Positions 13,861-27,558 of a DNA stretch of 64,000 bases are shown here, one piece after another. Both the position numbers and the translations under genes were made by a program. The stretch comes from Octopus sinensis (Eukaryota): contig NC_043015.1 of NCBI RefSeq assembly GCF_006345805.1, positions 27,838,001 to 27,902,000 of the forward strand, read 5' to 3'. The first letter of the stretch is position 1; every line of letters starts with the position of its first letter. Under the pieces are notes generated by a model. The model did not search any database. It saw only the letters and a program-made list of their open reading frames with translations, and was not told the DNA's origin.

Positions 13861-14947
13861 TGTACCTATAGTAATTAAAAATGTTGATTATAAGCAATAT
13901 CTCAATATATCTCAGAGAGAAAGGGGTGGGGATGATAGAATCAAGAGATCATCAGATAAAATATCCTGTAATATTTAGTGTTGTACCTTTAGAGTTCAAA
14001 TCTTGATGAAGTCTGTTTAATCTTTTTTTTCCTTCTGCAGCCAATTAAATAAGCATCAGAGGTCAAATAATTTAACAAACCTTTGCTAACAAAAGTTGTG
14101 GCTTTCTGCTAAAGTTAGAGATCAATATTGTATATAAAAGTAGGGCAGTAGAGGTGGCCAAAACAATAGAGTGTGCGGTTGAATCTGTTTTACTGTAGCT
14201 AGTTCAATAGTTCACTGTTGCAAGTTCAGATTGTGATAGAACTGACAAGTCCATTCATTCTTTTAGACAAAATAAGTATCAGCAACAAAGTGGAATCAAT
14301 TTATTCAACAATAACCATCTTTTATAAATGTTGGCCCTGTGTCTAGTGAAATGAAATCAATATTATCTTAGTTTTTCACAATATTTCCACACAAACCGTA
14401 TGTGGTAAATAGCAGCATTTACTGCATAAAGCTGTCTCTATATATCAATGGTTTGTTTTATCTACGTTCTCTTTACAAAGATAACTTATATGCAAAAGCT
14501 ATTAGGGGAAGGGGTAAGCTAGTACATCAGTTCAGAGCCCATGAATATCTGACAGGGCAGCCCTTCCCTAAATTAAAAAAAAAAATTCTCCTGGCCACCT
14601 TGAATTTCGAGAAGCTGCTCACTCTGGGATTAGAAGCTAGGGCAAAAATGCAGTTTCCCTTTCTTGCAAAATTTCTCTTGGAGGTCTTGCCTATACATAT
14701 TGAACATACCAAAAAATGGAAGCTAAGCCCTCAAGGAGCCTCATCTGCCTCCTGGTTTCAATATCAAAAATTATCATTTAACTTATAATTTATTGCTAAT
14801 GCTTTTGGAAAAACAAATGGCTTCCCTAAAAATCAGTCTTAATAACTATTTGGAAAAAGTGCAGATAAAGCACTCCATAGTATGTAAATTTTTGCTGTGA
14901 CATTATGACAGAATGATGAAAAGCAGCATCAAGATATCATCACTTAA

Positions 14948-15169
14948 CCCTTTCGTTACCGTCTTTATTTTGAGATGCTCTGTGTTTCTTTCAATTAATT
15001 TTAAATATAACAAAGAATTTAATAAAAGAATTTAGTTATCATTAAGCTAGTGTTGGGAACATAAATTGTGACTAAGGTTTGGTGGAAAATTTTAATTCAG
15101 AACTTATGAAAGTAAGACATTTGTACTACAGAGCTAGAGGCAGTTTTGGCCGGGTTGGTATCAAAAGGG
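14948..15169 (-). mobile_element. piggyBac-type MITE, same family
   Basis: Reverse-complement copy; TTAA at both ends; 222 bp. Confidence 0.9.
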
Positions 15170-15434
15170 TTAAAGGGAACAAAGATCTATCAATCATAGG
15201 GACTACAACGTTAACATCTTTATTTATGACGGCTAACAACAATTTATCAATACCTTCTAGTGAAGTTGCTATGATCTATTTGACTATGCCTGTATATAAA
15301 ATACAACTTTAATGATGATTGTCTACTGAAATGGCTGGGGTAAAATAAAATAAAATAAATAAATATAAAGCAAAGCAAAATTATAATGAAATTATTAAGG
15401 TTTAACAGATAAGAATTTGTTTTCTACAACAAAC

Positions 15435-15440
15435 TTTATT
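15435..15440 (-). promoter_or_regulatory. Candidate distal polyadenylation signal AATAAA
   Basis: tttatt on plus; minus-strand U/GU-rich sequence about 60-90 nt downstream (15345-15380). Confidence 0.25.
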
Positions 15441-16609
15441 ACAGTTAAGACCAAAATTTTGGTAAATTATAATAATGTTCAACAGAATAACATTTTTATT
15501 TTACTTTGAAATAAATTAAAAAATTGACAATGCAATTATAATTCCAATGCCTCGGTGGTAATAATTCAAAGTAATGTACAAAAATAATAGAGGGGAAGGA
15601 GAACCGTTCTAGATAAATAAAGTTTTGTCAAAAAACCCCACTTAACTCCCGACCAAGTTATTTTGTTTTGAGAAATAAAATAATATGAATAAACTGAACA
15701 ATTAAATAAAACTAAAATATGAATTCTACATTTACCCAAAGTACCAAAGTAAAAAAATAAAAACAAAATGCTAAAAATGCCAGAAATGTTTTTTTTTTTG
15801 TTAAATATATAAAAAGGACAATTTAAAAAAAAAAAGCATTTAAAAATAAAAATAAATAACCAACTGTCCAAAAATAAGAATTTATTATAAAATTTCTGAA
15901 AACACTTATGCTTCTATAGGGGACAATTCATTTTTTACATTAAACAAAACAAAAAAAAAAAAAACAAGCATAATATTCACATTACCTGAGATACATACAT
16001 ACATATACACAGAAGTCTAAGTTTACCTTACATATAAATCGAAATGGTCAGTTAGCACAGAAGTAGAAACAGCAAGAAATATCTAAGTCTTTCTTAAAGA
16101 GGCATCTCAAAGCAAATTCAATTATAAATAATAGCTTATGATACATTTGTGTTAAAAATTCCTAAAAAAAAAGTAGAAAGTTGATATCTGTAGGACTCAA
16201 ACCTTCTGTAACTCCATGTATTATAAACTATTATTTGTAGCTGAATTTGCTTTGAGATACATCGTTTATAAAGATTTGTTTAACTAATCTATTGGTTGAA
16301 AATATTTAGACACTGAATTTGTCAGTGAAGCATCTAAAAATGACTCAATGAAAAATTTGGAACTGTGAAAGTCCATATTCATATTTCCCATTACTTTTAA
16401 CACTAAAATAATTCCATATCAAAAGTAATGTTACTGGAAGTATTTCTCTGCAGATCGTCCAATGATATATGTATGGATGGGCAGACCCTGAAGCAATTTG
16501 AACTAACAAGCTGGACGTTGAAGTATCAAACTTGATATCACAAAGCATTTAGTGTAGCTCTACCCTCTCCTTTGACTACCACACATCCACAACAATCTAA
16601 TATCTTGAT

Positions 16610-17115
16610 ATTATTATTATTATTATTATTACTATGAACAGTACATTTGCTGTTAACTGTGTTTCTTGTGCAGAATGAAGGTTGAGATTTCTTACCAGAG
16701 AGGATATGAGAAACTGTAAACGGTTGTCTTCCATAAGGGTATACTTATAAATGAGTGAATGGAAACAAATCCAAGTGGAATTGTCCTCCAAATAGGTTAA
16801 ACTTACACTAACAGCCTTAAACAATCCTTATTCAGGGACCTTTTGAGCGGGATGGGCTACTCCACCTGAAGAAAATTCTAACTGGGCCCCACCTGCAAGG
16901 TCATGCGCTGTTTATCTTGATATGAGATTACCATGTTGCGCACATATGGTTGTGATGCATGTGCCTAGTGTACCCTTATCAGGCGGGTAGTCATGATGGG
17001 TATATTGGGCTTCGTATATTTTACCCCAGTGTCACTTTGATGGCATGCATTGTACTCTCTCACTCAATAATAATAATAATAATGATAGTAATAGTAGTAA
17101 TATTAGTAGTTGTTG

Positions 17116-17148
<33 letters not shown>

Positions 17149-17862
17149 GCAGTGGATTGCCAGAATTGTTAGAGCATCACACAAAATGCCTAGCAGCATT
17201 TGTTCCAGTTCTTTACATTCTGAGTTCAAATCCCACCAGGTTCACCTTTTGCTTTTAGTCCTTTTGGGTGCAATAACATGCCATTCCAATACAGAGATGG
17301 ATCTAATCAACCAACCAATCAGCCTTATCACACTCCAAATCTCTAGCCTTTTGCTTATATATTATTATTATTATTATTACTATGAACAGTACATTTGCTG
17401 TTAACTGTGTTTCTTGTGCAGAATGAAGTTGAGATTTCTTACCAGAGAGGATATGAGAAACTGTAAACGGTTGTCTTCCATAAGGGTATACTTATAAATG
17501 AGTGAATGGAAACAAATCCAAGTGGAATTGTCCTCCAAATAGGTTAAACTTACACTAACAGCCTTAAACAATCCTTATTCAGGGACCTTTTGAGCGGGAT
17601 GGGCTACTCCACCTGAAGAAAATTCTAACTGGGCCCCACCTGCAAGGTCATGCGCTGTTTATCTTGATATGAGATTACCATGTTGCGCACATATGGTTGT
17701 GATGCATGTGCCTAGTGTACCCTTATCAGGCGGGTAGTCATGATGGGTATATTGGGCTTCGTATATTTTACCCCAGTGTCACTTTGATGGCATGCATTGT
17801 ACTCTCTCACTCAATAATAATAATAATAATGATAGTAATAGTAGTAATATTAGTAGTTGTTG

Positions 17863-17895
<33 letters not shown>

Positions 17896-18104
17896 GCAGT
17901 GGATTGCCAGAATTGTTAGAGCATCACACAAAATGCCTAGCAGCATTTGTTCCAGTTCTTTACATTCTGAGTTCAAATCCCACCAGGTTCACCTTTTGCT
18001 TTTAGTCCTTTTGGGTGCAATAACATGCCATTCCAATACAGAGATGGATCTAATCAACCAACCAATCAGCCTTATCACACTCCAAATCTCTAGCCTTTTG
18101 CTTA

Positions 18105-18140
<36 letters not shown>
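16610..18140. repeat. 747/748-bp direct tandem duplication bounded by (TAT)n tracts
   Basis: Identical ORF pairs 16959/17706 and 17186/17933; a single 1-nt indel noted (aatgaaggttg vs aatgaagttg). Confidence 0.95.
16815..17085 (+). mobile_element. LINE 3' UTR fragment ending in (AAT)n, possibly R4/Dong-type; duplicated at about 17562-17832
   Basis: Ends ctctcactcaataataataat. The clade assignment is recollection/inference only. Confidence 0.45.
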
Positions 18141-18142
<2 letters not shown>

Positions 18143-18588
18143 GCCAAAAGAAATTTCTTAGTGAATTAGATTATAGAAGATGCACTAACTCAACTGAAAT
18201 AAAGTTTAAGACAAAAGAATGGCTCAAGGCTAAGATTTTTCTTTTTTTTCTTTTGTTTTCTTTTGTTTTTAATTAGGATCGCTGAAAGCCAAAAAACAAA
18301 ACATTCCCAAGAGAAATAGACCAATTAACATAAATGAGAAAATAAGATCAATTAAACATAATTATGCAAGGAGTTGAAAAAACAAAAAAAAAACAAAACA
18401 AAACAAAAAAACAAAAAAAAAAACAAAAAAAAAACTAAACAAGATAATTTCTGGTCCAAACCTGTTTGTGTTCAAGACTGGTGACATTCCGGACACACGG
18501 ACACACACACACACACACAAAAAAGAGAAAGATATAGTTCTAGAAGGAAAAGAAAGTTGATGTTTTATTTGACATCATCATCATTATC

Positions 18589-18619
<31 letters not shown>

Positions 18620-19272
18620 GACATATTAAGTTATATTGGATTTTTATACAATTACCAAGTTTTCTAAGGAGAAAAAAAAAAAAAAAAAAAAAGCACTGTG
18701 CCTCACAAAAGCAAAAACAACAAAGCATCCAAAATAATAGACAAAAAAAAAAGACACAACCTGTCCCCCCCCCACGCACTAAAAAAAAAAAGGAGAAAAT
18801 CAAACAAACAAAAAAAAAATTATAACAACATACACATATACACACATTCAAATTGAATCAGCCATGGCAACAAGTTCATTAATGTATTTTCGATTCTGAA
18901 GGGTTAGCTACAGAGGTAAAGTCAACCTTGAGTCTGATATGGCTGTTGGTTTGTTTATATTCATTTTTTTTTTTTCCTCTCACAGAACTCTTCTTTAAAA
19001 AAAAAGTATAGTCAGATGACAGACATATTCAGACAATGAATGTTCTGATGCTTTTGTATTTTTTTTTATTCATTTTATTTTATTTTATTTCTCTTTTTTT
19101 TTTTTGAAATTTTTATTATTATTTTTTTTTCTATACATATTTCCCCATTTGCATTATTCCGTAATAATAAAATGTTTTTTTCTTTCTCTCATTTTTTGTT
19201 TGTTTTGTTTTTTTCTTTTCTTTTTTTTTCTTTTTGATACTCAACAAGGGATGAATTATTTGTATTATTACA

Positions 19273-19340
19273 TCAACAACTACAGCTGCCTTCTTGCGTT
19301 TGAGGCTCGGCTGGCGTCTCCTTCAACTTTACCTCTGTCA
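19273..19340 (-). CDS. Rab6: Rab6 terminal coding exon (MTEVKLKETPAEPQTQEGSCSC*)
   Basis: Acceptor ccttaaccgttgctctcag. A phase-1 join gives ATG ACA GAG... ending in the CXC geranylgeranylation motif GSCSC and TGA, as in other Rab6 proteins. Confidence 0.93.
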
Positions 19341-20234
19341 CTGAGAGCAACGGTTAAGGAAAAAAAAAAAAAACACAAAAAATTCAACATTACAAAACTA
19401 ATAACCGAACTGACAAGCAGCTTTTGACAAATAAATGGACATGCACATGCTGTTAGATTTTTTCACTATTTTTTCTTTTACATTTGCTAATTCACAGAAA
19501 GCCAATCTAAGAATTTTGGCATAAGAAGCCAGTGCAGTTAGTGTTGCATTTGAGCTGTTAAAGATAAAAAACTGGAAGGATAACACAAGCAGGGAAGGAG
19601 GGAAGGAGCAAGTGATCTTAAGACAGGCACAACAAGGAAAAAAGAGTCAGTGTGGCTGAAGAAAAAAAAAGAAAAAGCATGCATTACCGATAGCTTCAGA
19701 GTGAGAATTTGGAATTTGGAAACGGGTAGCAGTTACAAAATTACAGAAATGGCAGAAGAGGCTGAGGGCAGACATAACTTATTAACGATCATGATGATCA
19801 AAGAGTTTTCGCTGAGCGTGAAGTGGATGGTTTAGTTCAGACGGGTCTCGTAAAATTAGTGGCGGCACACTCTTTGAATACGCAAAATAATTCTATACAT
19901 CAAGATAGATTAAAAAAAAGATAAATGAATAAACGGATACAAAAAAAAACAAAAAAAAAAAGATAAATCAAAATAATTTTCGGTAATAATAAGTTAATTA
20001 TAAATCAATAATCCTTCAAAGGAACGGTTTGCATATGTGTAGATGAGATCATTTTAATATTGGAGAATGTATGGAAGGAACGATGACAATAGGGAAAGGA
20101 TTTAGACTACACAAAGAAGTTTCAATGATTAAATATGAAATGCGGTAAAAGTTTTAACGAGAGAAAGAGGAGAGAGAAAGAGAGGGAGAAGAGATAGAAA
20201 AGATATACATAAATACACACATATTTATATAAAT

Positions 20235-20537
20235 CACGTGATCACGTGACAGACCAGACCATCAGATGTTGTTACACATCGCTGGTCACAATGCGTTCGC
20301 ATTGTTTTAGCCTTCGAATGACGCCACTCCGCTGGCTAAGCGAGCAGGCCAACAGAAGAAAGAGTGGGAGAAAGAGTGGTGAAAGAGTACAGCAGGGATT
20401 GCCACACCCTGCCGGAGCCTCGTGGAGCTTTTAGGTGTTTTTGCTCAATAAACACACACAACACCCGGCCTGGGAATTGAAACCGCGATCCTACGACCAC
20501 GAGTCCGCTGCCCTAACCACTGGGCCATTGCGCCTCC
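20235..20537 (-). mobile_element. tRNA-derived SINE family D with 12-bp TSD
   Basis: Reverse complement of 12025-12321; TSD atttatataaat at 20223-20234 and 20538-20549. Confidence 0.9.
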
Positions 20538-20733
20538 ATTTATATAAATATAGGTGCAAATGTGGCTGTGTGATAAGAAGTTTGCTTTTCAACCACGTGG
20601 TTCCGGGTTCAGTCCCACTGTGTGACACTTTGGGGAAGTGTCTTCTACTACAGCCAGACTAATGAAAAGGAGGGGGAGAGGAACTAGAGAACTGGCCCAA
20701 ATATTTACAACAGTAGACTCTGCTAAAGGTAAC

Positions 20734-20945
20734 CTATTTCTTTATTACCCACAAGGGGCTAAACATAGAGGGGACAAACAAGGACAGACGTAGGTATTAT
20801 GTCGATTACATCGACCCCAGTGCGTAACTGGTACTTAATTTATCGACCCCGAAAGGATGAAAGGCAAAGTCAACCTCAGCGGAATTTGAACTCACAACGT
20901 AACGGCAGACGAAGTACCGCAAAGCATTTCGCCCGGTGTGCTAAC
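20734..20945 (-). mobile_element. SINE family B
   Basis: Near-identical to 10124-10354. Confidence 0.88.
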
Positions 20946-22869
20946 CAAGGACCAACCCATGCCAGGTTTTGAACTTAAAATGCAATGAATCAGAATAAAT
21001 ACTGCAAGCCTTACTGTCTGATGCTCTATCAATTCTACCAGTCCATTAGTCTTAGAGTGGTACTTATTTTCCCCCATCCTTCCAGGATGGAAAGTAAAAT
21101 TGACCTTGGAGGGATTTGAACTCAGAATGTAAAAAGTTGGAGCTGAAAGTGCAATGCATTCAGTTAGACACTGTAATGCATCTGCCTGCCCTAAACTTAC
21201 TTAATTTTTTTCAACCCTGAAAGGATGAAAGGAAAAGGTGACACGGGTAGGATTTGAACTCTGAATGCTGGAATAAATGCCATAAGGCATTTCATCTAAT
21301 GCTCCACTGACTCTGCCCATTTTACCACCCATAAAAATATATTGTCAATTTTCACAAAATAACGAGAATAATATTGGTAATTCAGCAAAGGCAAAGATAA
21401 AAGAGACAGGTGAGTAACATTTATGGGAAAACATAGAGAGTTTTAGAGGTGCATTTGATATTTTTGCAAAGGTAGTAACAGTTTGTCAATTGGTAACTTA
21501 TATTTTAACCTTTATACTAAATGTAACAGACAAGTTGACTATTCTATCTTCACACAAACCGACTGATCGATTCTTAGAAGAACAATATGTGCTTTTATGT
21601 ATTGCCATAAAAGCATGAAACATCTAGATGAGATTCAACTAAGTAATAATTTTGACTACGTTAACTCAACGATGAAATGGAATGAAATAAATTCAGTTAG
21701 TTCAAACTCAGATACTAATTAATGTCAATGAATTCAAATATTAACACACTTATTAATGAAATATGCTTTCCTTTTGGGTATTTCAATAATTGTCACCACA
21801 TAAAACATTTCAATATATAGTATGATGATGATGATGATGAAGTATGACTAATCATCATCATCATCATCGTTTAGCGTCCGCTTTCCATGCTGGCATGGGT
21901 TGGACGGTTCAACTGGAGTCTGGGAAGCCAGAAGGCTGCATCAGGCTCCAGTCTGATCTGGCAATGTTTCTACGGCTGGATGCCCTTCCTAACGCCAACC
22001 ACTCCATGAGTGTAGTGGGTGCTTTTTACGTGCCAGATAAGGCTGGCAAAAGGCCACGATCGGATGGTGCTTTTTACGTGCCACCGGCACGGAGGCCAGG
22101 CGAGTCTGGCAACGGCCATGATCGAATGGTTCTTTTTACGTGCCACAGGCACGGAGGCCAGTTACAAAAATAAATAAATAAGTAAATAAAAACATAAATG
22201 TTAGTTTTGTAGAAGTTCAAAGATTTTAGAAAAGTTTTTTTCTTGTTTTCTAGAAATTTGCTAATCCTGGCACTAAAAATAGTGGCTTGGATATTTTCTA
22301 AATATTTTCCAGAACTTATGTATCTGTGGACCACTGGACAGTTGATAGCTTTTAGATAATAATTTGTGCCAGGATATCTTTAATTTTTGTTTTATATCAG
22401 CATTGCCAATGATGGAAATGTGGTTGGAGGAATACTCAAAGATATTGTTTTATATGTAAGATATATATGTAGGCCATGAGCAAAAAAAAAAAAACCAACA
22501 AAATTATAGAATGCAGTAATGCTCCTGCAAGTGGGACAGTGTTGCTGCTGTTACGTACACAAAAATTCTGAGCTGCATCCAGAGAAAGATCACTCAAATT
22601 GGTTGGCATTCAATCACTAACAGACATTCCAAACTTCTGGTCTACAGGCTTGTTACTTCCTCTCTCTATCATCACCACAAGGGAGCTGGCTGGTCTCATA
22701 CCTTGACCATTCATGCACCCTCGAGTCAATTTTCTTATCACCACTCATCACTATTATTGCATCCAACACCACTGACCTGCCACGAACAAAAAAAAAAAAA
22801 CTATACCCAGTTCTTTCTCCTGAAAATATCTAGAATCTTGTCCTTGCTTATAATTTTTTGATTGTTGCC

Positions 22870-23203
22870 AGAGCAACAAGCTGGCCTCCATGCCGGTGGT
22901 ATGTGAAAAAACATTCGAGCAAGGTCATTGCCAGTGCAGCTGGACTGGCTCCTGTGCAGGTGGCACATAAAAAGCACCATTTGAGTATGGCTGTTGCCAG
23001 TACCGCCTGACTGGCCCCTGTGCCGGTGGCACGTAAAAGCACCCACTACACTCTCGGAGTGGTTGGCATTAGGAAGGGCATCCAGCTGTAGAGACACTGC
23101 CAGATCAGATTAGAGTCAGGTGCAGCCATCTGGTTCACCAGACCTCAGTCAAATCGTCCAACCCATGCTAGCATGGAAAGCGGACTTTAAACGATGATGA
23201 TGA
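22870..23203 (+). mobile_element. Family C retroposon, opposite orientation
   Basis: Ends catggaaagcggactttaaacgatgatgatg. A second plus-strand copy lies at about 54755-54902. Confidence 0.85.
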
Positions 23204-23467
23204 TTATCTGTTATATCTGCATCAGTTCAAATGAAACACCAACAACATCATGCACACCTGCATCACAGGACCTGCAAATGATGTGGTGCAGCACCTTCTT
23301 CCAGACTCAGCTAGTAAATACTGGCCCACCACCAGTCGAAGGAAGTTGTTGTCCAACTATATATCTACAGGTCAGCCCTAATCAAGCAGAGTATGATCAA
23401 AAACATTTTAATAAATGACCACCCTGTCTTTTTAGAGCATTCCCTTACATGTCTTTTCCTTATTTAA

Positions 23468-23688
23468 CCCTTTTATTACTAACCCGGCCAAAACCGGCTC
23501 TGGCTCTGTGGTAAAATGTCTTGTTTTCATAAATTTTGAATTAAAATCTTCCACAAAACCTTAGTCACAATTTATGGTTCCTAACACTAGCTTAATGATA
23601 ACTAAGTTATTTTACTAAATTCTTTGTCATATTTAAAATAATTGAAAGAAACACAGAGCATCTCAAAATAAATACAGTAACGAAAGGG
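23468..23688 (+). mobile_element. piggyBac-type MITE, same family
   Basis: TTAA at both ends; 221 bp. Confidence 0.9.
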
Positions 23689-24204
23689 TTAAGATGGTAA
23701 GGAAGAATTTGAGGAAGATTTTGCTGGAACCCCTAGCAGGATAAGCTGCCACACAGAGGCTTCATTGTTGGTTTTAAGTATTTTGTTGTGTCACGAAGTA
23801 AGACAATTCTATGTGCAGCTGTGTTCTTTACTGAGAGGAAGAGATGCCAGACTTTCTGAAAATATTCCTAGACATTTACTGACTCACGTACTGACATTCC
23901 TCTGCTTTTATTCTTCACCTGACACTAAAGGAAACCCCAATCCCCATCAGAAACGTAGAAATGTGTTTAGTTAACCTAACAAAATGGCACCTAAACAAAG
24001 GAATAACTGAATGGGGACTGTATATATGCATACTATCACATCAGAATATTGATAATTTGCAAGAATGAGGAGAGAAAAAGAAAGAGAAACTGTTGGTGAT
24101 CAGGAAGAGGAGAGGAAAAGAAGAAAGCAGAAAAAAAACAGGAGAGAGAGAGAGAGAGGAAAAGAGAGTGAAAAAGGGATATGGACATATATATATATAT
24201 ATGT

Positions 24205-24255
24205 TTTGTTAGTGAACAGGTCTTGGTCTCAAAGCGATGAAAATATTTTGACAAA
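24205..24255 (+). ncRNA. Hammerhead-like motif, G3-C8 core, helix II partly decayed
   Basis: UUUGUUA-GUGAACA-g-GUC...GAU-GAAA-AUAU-UU-UGACAAA; second copy of the family at 28107-28157. Confidence 0.6.
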
Positions 24256-24996
24256 TTAAATTTAAATGTTGAAGTGAATCTAACGGTTTTTGTGTATTTC
24301 TTAAATGGCTTATAAACACCTTCAGAGATGAATATATTTAACCACTTGACATCCTTATGATTACAGCTGTTTCACAACCCTCTTCATGTAGTAATAATTT
24401 CAGTGTGAAAGAAATGATGTTTAGATGTTTGCATTAATGTGCATTATACAATTGTATGTTCACAAAACCAATGCAAATAAAGAAAGCTAGTTCATCAGAT
24501 TATCAGAACATCTTGGTTCCGTCAATGATTCAAAGAAGTGGGTGTGGGTGGGTGGGGGTGACATGATATAGGAGGAATGAAAAGGGGTTAAGAACAAGTG
24601 GACAGATGTGTAGATATTGTAATGAATCATGTTCATAGATATACTGCGAAATAAGTTAACGCTGACGAACCATTCTCTTGCTACCTGACCAGCATTACAA
24701 AGAAAAAAAAAAAAGCAAAATGTACTTCCTCATTCACAAGCCAGATTTTCAGTAGTTGCAAGGAATTACCAATATGGATAGGTTGAGAGAGAGAAACTTT
24801 TTTCTATTTCATTTCAAACAACACAACAAAACCATGATATATGAGAAAATCACAATGTCAATATGCTAATTTGGCTGGGAGGCCAAATGAAATGAGTCAA
24901 TATGTAAGTCACAGGCAATTTCTATGGCTCCACCTCTTTGGACTGAAGTTTATCTGTGTTGGGGACAAATAAATCAATCTTGTGGCACTGTGTTAG

Positions 24997-25031
<35 letters not shown>

Positions 25032-25061
25032 TATATACATACACATATATATACATACACA

Positions 25062-25092
<31 letters not shown>

Positions 25093-25163
25093 GTATATAT
25101 ATATATGTGTATGTATATATATGTATATATATATATGTATATATATATGTATGTATATATATG

Positions 25164-25260
<97 letters not shown>

Positions 25261-26876
25261 GTGTGTGTGTGTGTATATATATATATGTATAAATATATAT
25301 ATATATGTATGTGTGTGTGTGTGTGAGAGCATGGAAAGCAGATGTGAGATGATATATATGTATATAATGAGAGAAAGAGATCAAATTCTAGCAAGACCAC
25401 CTAGCGAAATATTGAACAGCATTTCCTATTTTGGTAAGTCTGAATAAACAAATTCTGTCGAAGCTCATTCAATTGAATTTAGATTCCACACTTAACACAG
25501 ATTCTGCAAACTCCGAAAACAGCATTATTTTATTACTACAAATTACATGGAAATATATAATTACAGCATGCTGAGAAGGCGACGGAAAGGACAGTGGTGG
25601 TGATGGTGACCTATAAGAAATGGAAGGCATGATAGTAACAATGAGGATATGGAAGGTGTCATCACCATCATCGTTTTACCATCCAGTTTTCCATGCTTGC
25701 ATGGGTGAGATGGAATTTATCGAGAGGACATTCTCTACAGTTGGATGCCCTTCCTATCGGCAACCCTCACCTGCTTACAAGCCAGGTAGTATTTCCCCAT
25801 GGCCACATACAGATTATGTGGAAGACTGGAAATGAACACTCCCGCTTGTATGATGGTGATGCTCATTTACACCATCACAGTGTCTAGATAAGGGTACACA
25901 CATACAGACATGCATAAATGGTGAGAATCTTTCAGTTTCCGTCTACCAAATCCACTTCCAAGGCTTTGGTCAGCATGAGACTATAGTAGAAGACACTGGC
26001 CCAAGATGCCTAGCAATGGGACTGAACCAAGGACTGCAAGACTGGGAATCAAGCTTCTCAACCATACAGCCATGCTTGTGTATGATTTATTTCACATATA
26101 GGTCATCGTCATCATCATCATCATCATCGTTTAATGTCCGCTTTCCATGCTAGCATGGGTTGGACGGTTCGATTGGGGTCTGGGAAGCCAGAAGGCTGCA
26201 CCAGGCTCCAGTCTGATCTGGCAATGTTTCTACTGCTGGATGCCCTTCCTAACGCCAACCACTCCGTGAGTGTAGTGGGTGCTTTTTACGTGCCACCGGC
26301 ACAGGTGCCAGATGGGGCTGGCAAACAGCCACGGTCGGATGGTGCTTTTTACGTGCCACCGAAGGGAAAAACATTCACGGGGGAGGTAGATCATAGTTGA
26401 CAGTATCATACCCAATACTCGACTGCTACTCATTTTATGAGTCCCTGGAAGGAGGAAAGACAAAGTTGATCTCAGTGGAAATTGAAACCAGAACATGAAG
26501 AGAAGTAACTATGTAATGCAAAAACATTTTTGTTTGTAATGCTCTATGTAATAATAGGCACACGGTCTGAAATGTCAGGGAGAGGGGTTAGTCAATATAC
26601 TGACCCCAGTACACGAGCTGGTAATTTCTTTTATCAGCCCTGAAAGGATGAAAGACAAAGATAACCTTAACGGGATTTGAACTCAGAACATAGACATAAC
26701 GAATGCTGCAAGGCAATTTTTCTGATAACCCTTTTATCTTACCAATTCACTGCCTTAATAATCTTAATAATGATAAGAGTAATTTTTTTCTAACATTGGC
26801 AAAAGGCCAAATAATTTACAGGTGGAATATATAAACACTAATGCAGACCCACACTGCACACCTCTCTCTCTCTCTC

Positions 26877-26916
<40 letters not shown>

Positions 26917-27094
26917 GCTTGCACTCCCAGCCAGTGGAGTGGAATCATTTGAAAGCTACATGATGTAAAGTGCATTGTGACAAGCAATTTATAACATCAG
27001 ATAGTCTGGTTGATCATGTGATCAATATATATATTACTTATTTATCCTTCATTTTATACTTTTTTGAAAAAAAAAATCTATCTATCTATATATA

Positions 27095-27135
<41 letters not shown>

Positions 27136-27337
27136 AATATTTAAATGGATGAATGAATTATCCTTTGTTTACCGTTAACATGGAAAATTCAATAAACAGT
27201 TACCAGGGTAGCAAAATTCACGCAAGTAACATGGATGAAGCGACCAATTCAAAGGTAGAAACTCCAGGTTAATGTGCAGTAATTTGTGTATTATAAATAA
27301 ATAAATAAATGGAGTTGAATGAAGATGTTATTAAAAT

Positions 27338-27433
27338 TCTTTTACTTTCAACATATGTTTCGAAGACAACATGGTATTATTCCAAAGGAATAAACGGTGT
27401 AAAATGTAATCTTCTCATCAGGAAAGAAAAAGA
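27338..27433 (-). ncRNA. Type-I hammerhead ribozyme, canonical CUGAUGA core, 12-bp helix I
   Basis: UCUUUUUCUUUC-CUGAUGA-GAAGAU...GUCUUC-GAAAC-AUAU-GUU-GAAAGUAAAAGA. Helix I pairs at 11 of 12 positions (one U-U). Predicted cleavage between 27350 and 27349. Confidence 0.82.
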
Positions 27434-27474
27434 GCCTATCTCAACAACAAGACATTATAACAATTACGTTGACT

Positions 27475-27558
27475 CTGATGAGAAGATTGCATTTTACACC
27501 GTTTATTCCTTTGGAATAATACCATGTTGTCTTCGAAACATATGTTGAAAGTAAAAGA
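27475..27558 (+). ncRNA. Inverted second hammerhead copy lacking the 5' helix I strand
   Basis: Reverse complement of 27338-27421: CUGAUGA 27475-27481, GAAAC 27535-27539. The upstream sequence (acguugacu) does not pair with GAAAGUAAAAGA. Confidence 0.7.

Larger units (their letters stand above)
15415..19272 (-). other. Rab6: Probable Rab6 3' UTR (extent uncertain)
   Basis: Follows the stop codon. U-rich on the sense strand at 18.2-19.2 kb and 15.4-16.3 kb. AATAAA (minus) at 15435-15440 has a U-rich tract downstream. Inference only; nearer AATAAA hexamers also exist. Confidence 0.35.

Noticed and set aside
14402-14788. 128-aa ORF
   Set aside because: No recognisable domain, splice context or codon signal; likely chance.
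22565-22780. Possible L2/CR1 ORF2 remnant
   Set aside because: Similarity (RIQRK...) is too faint to support by eye.
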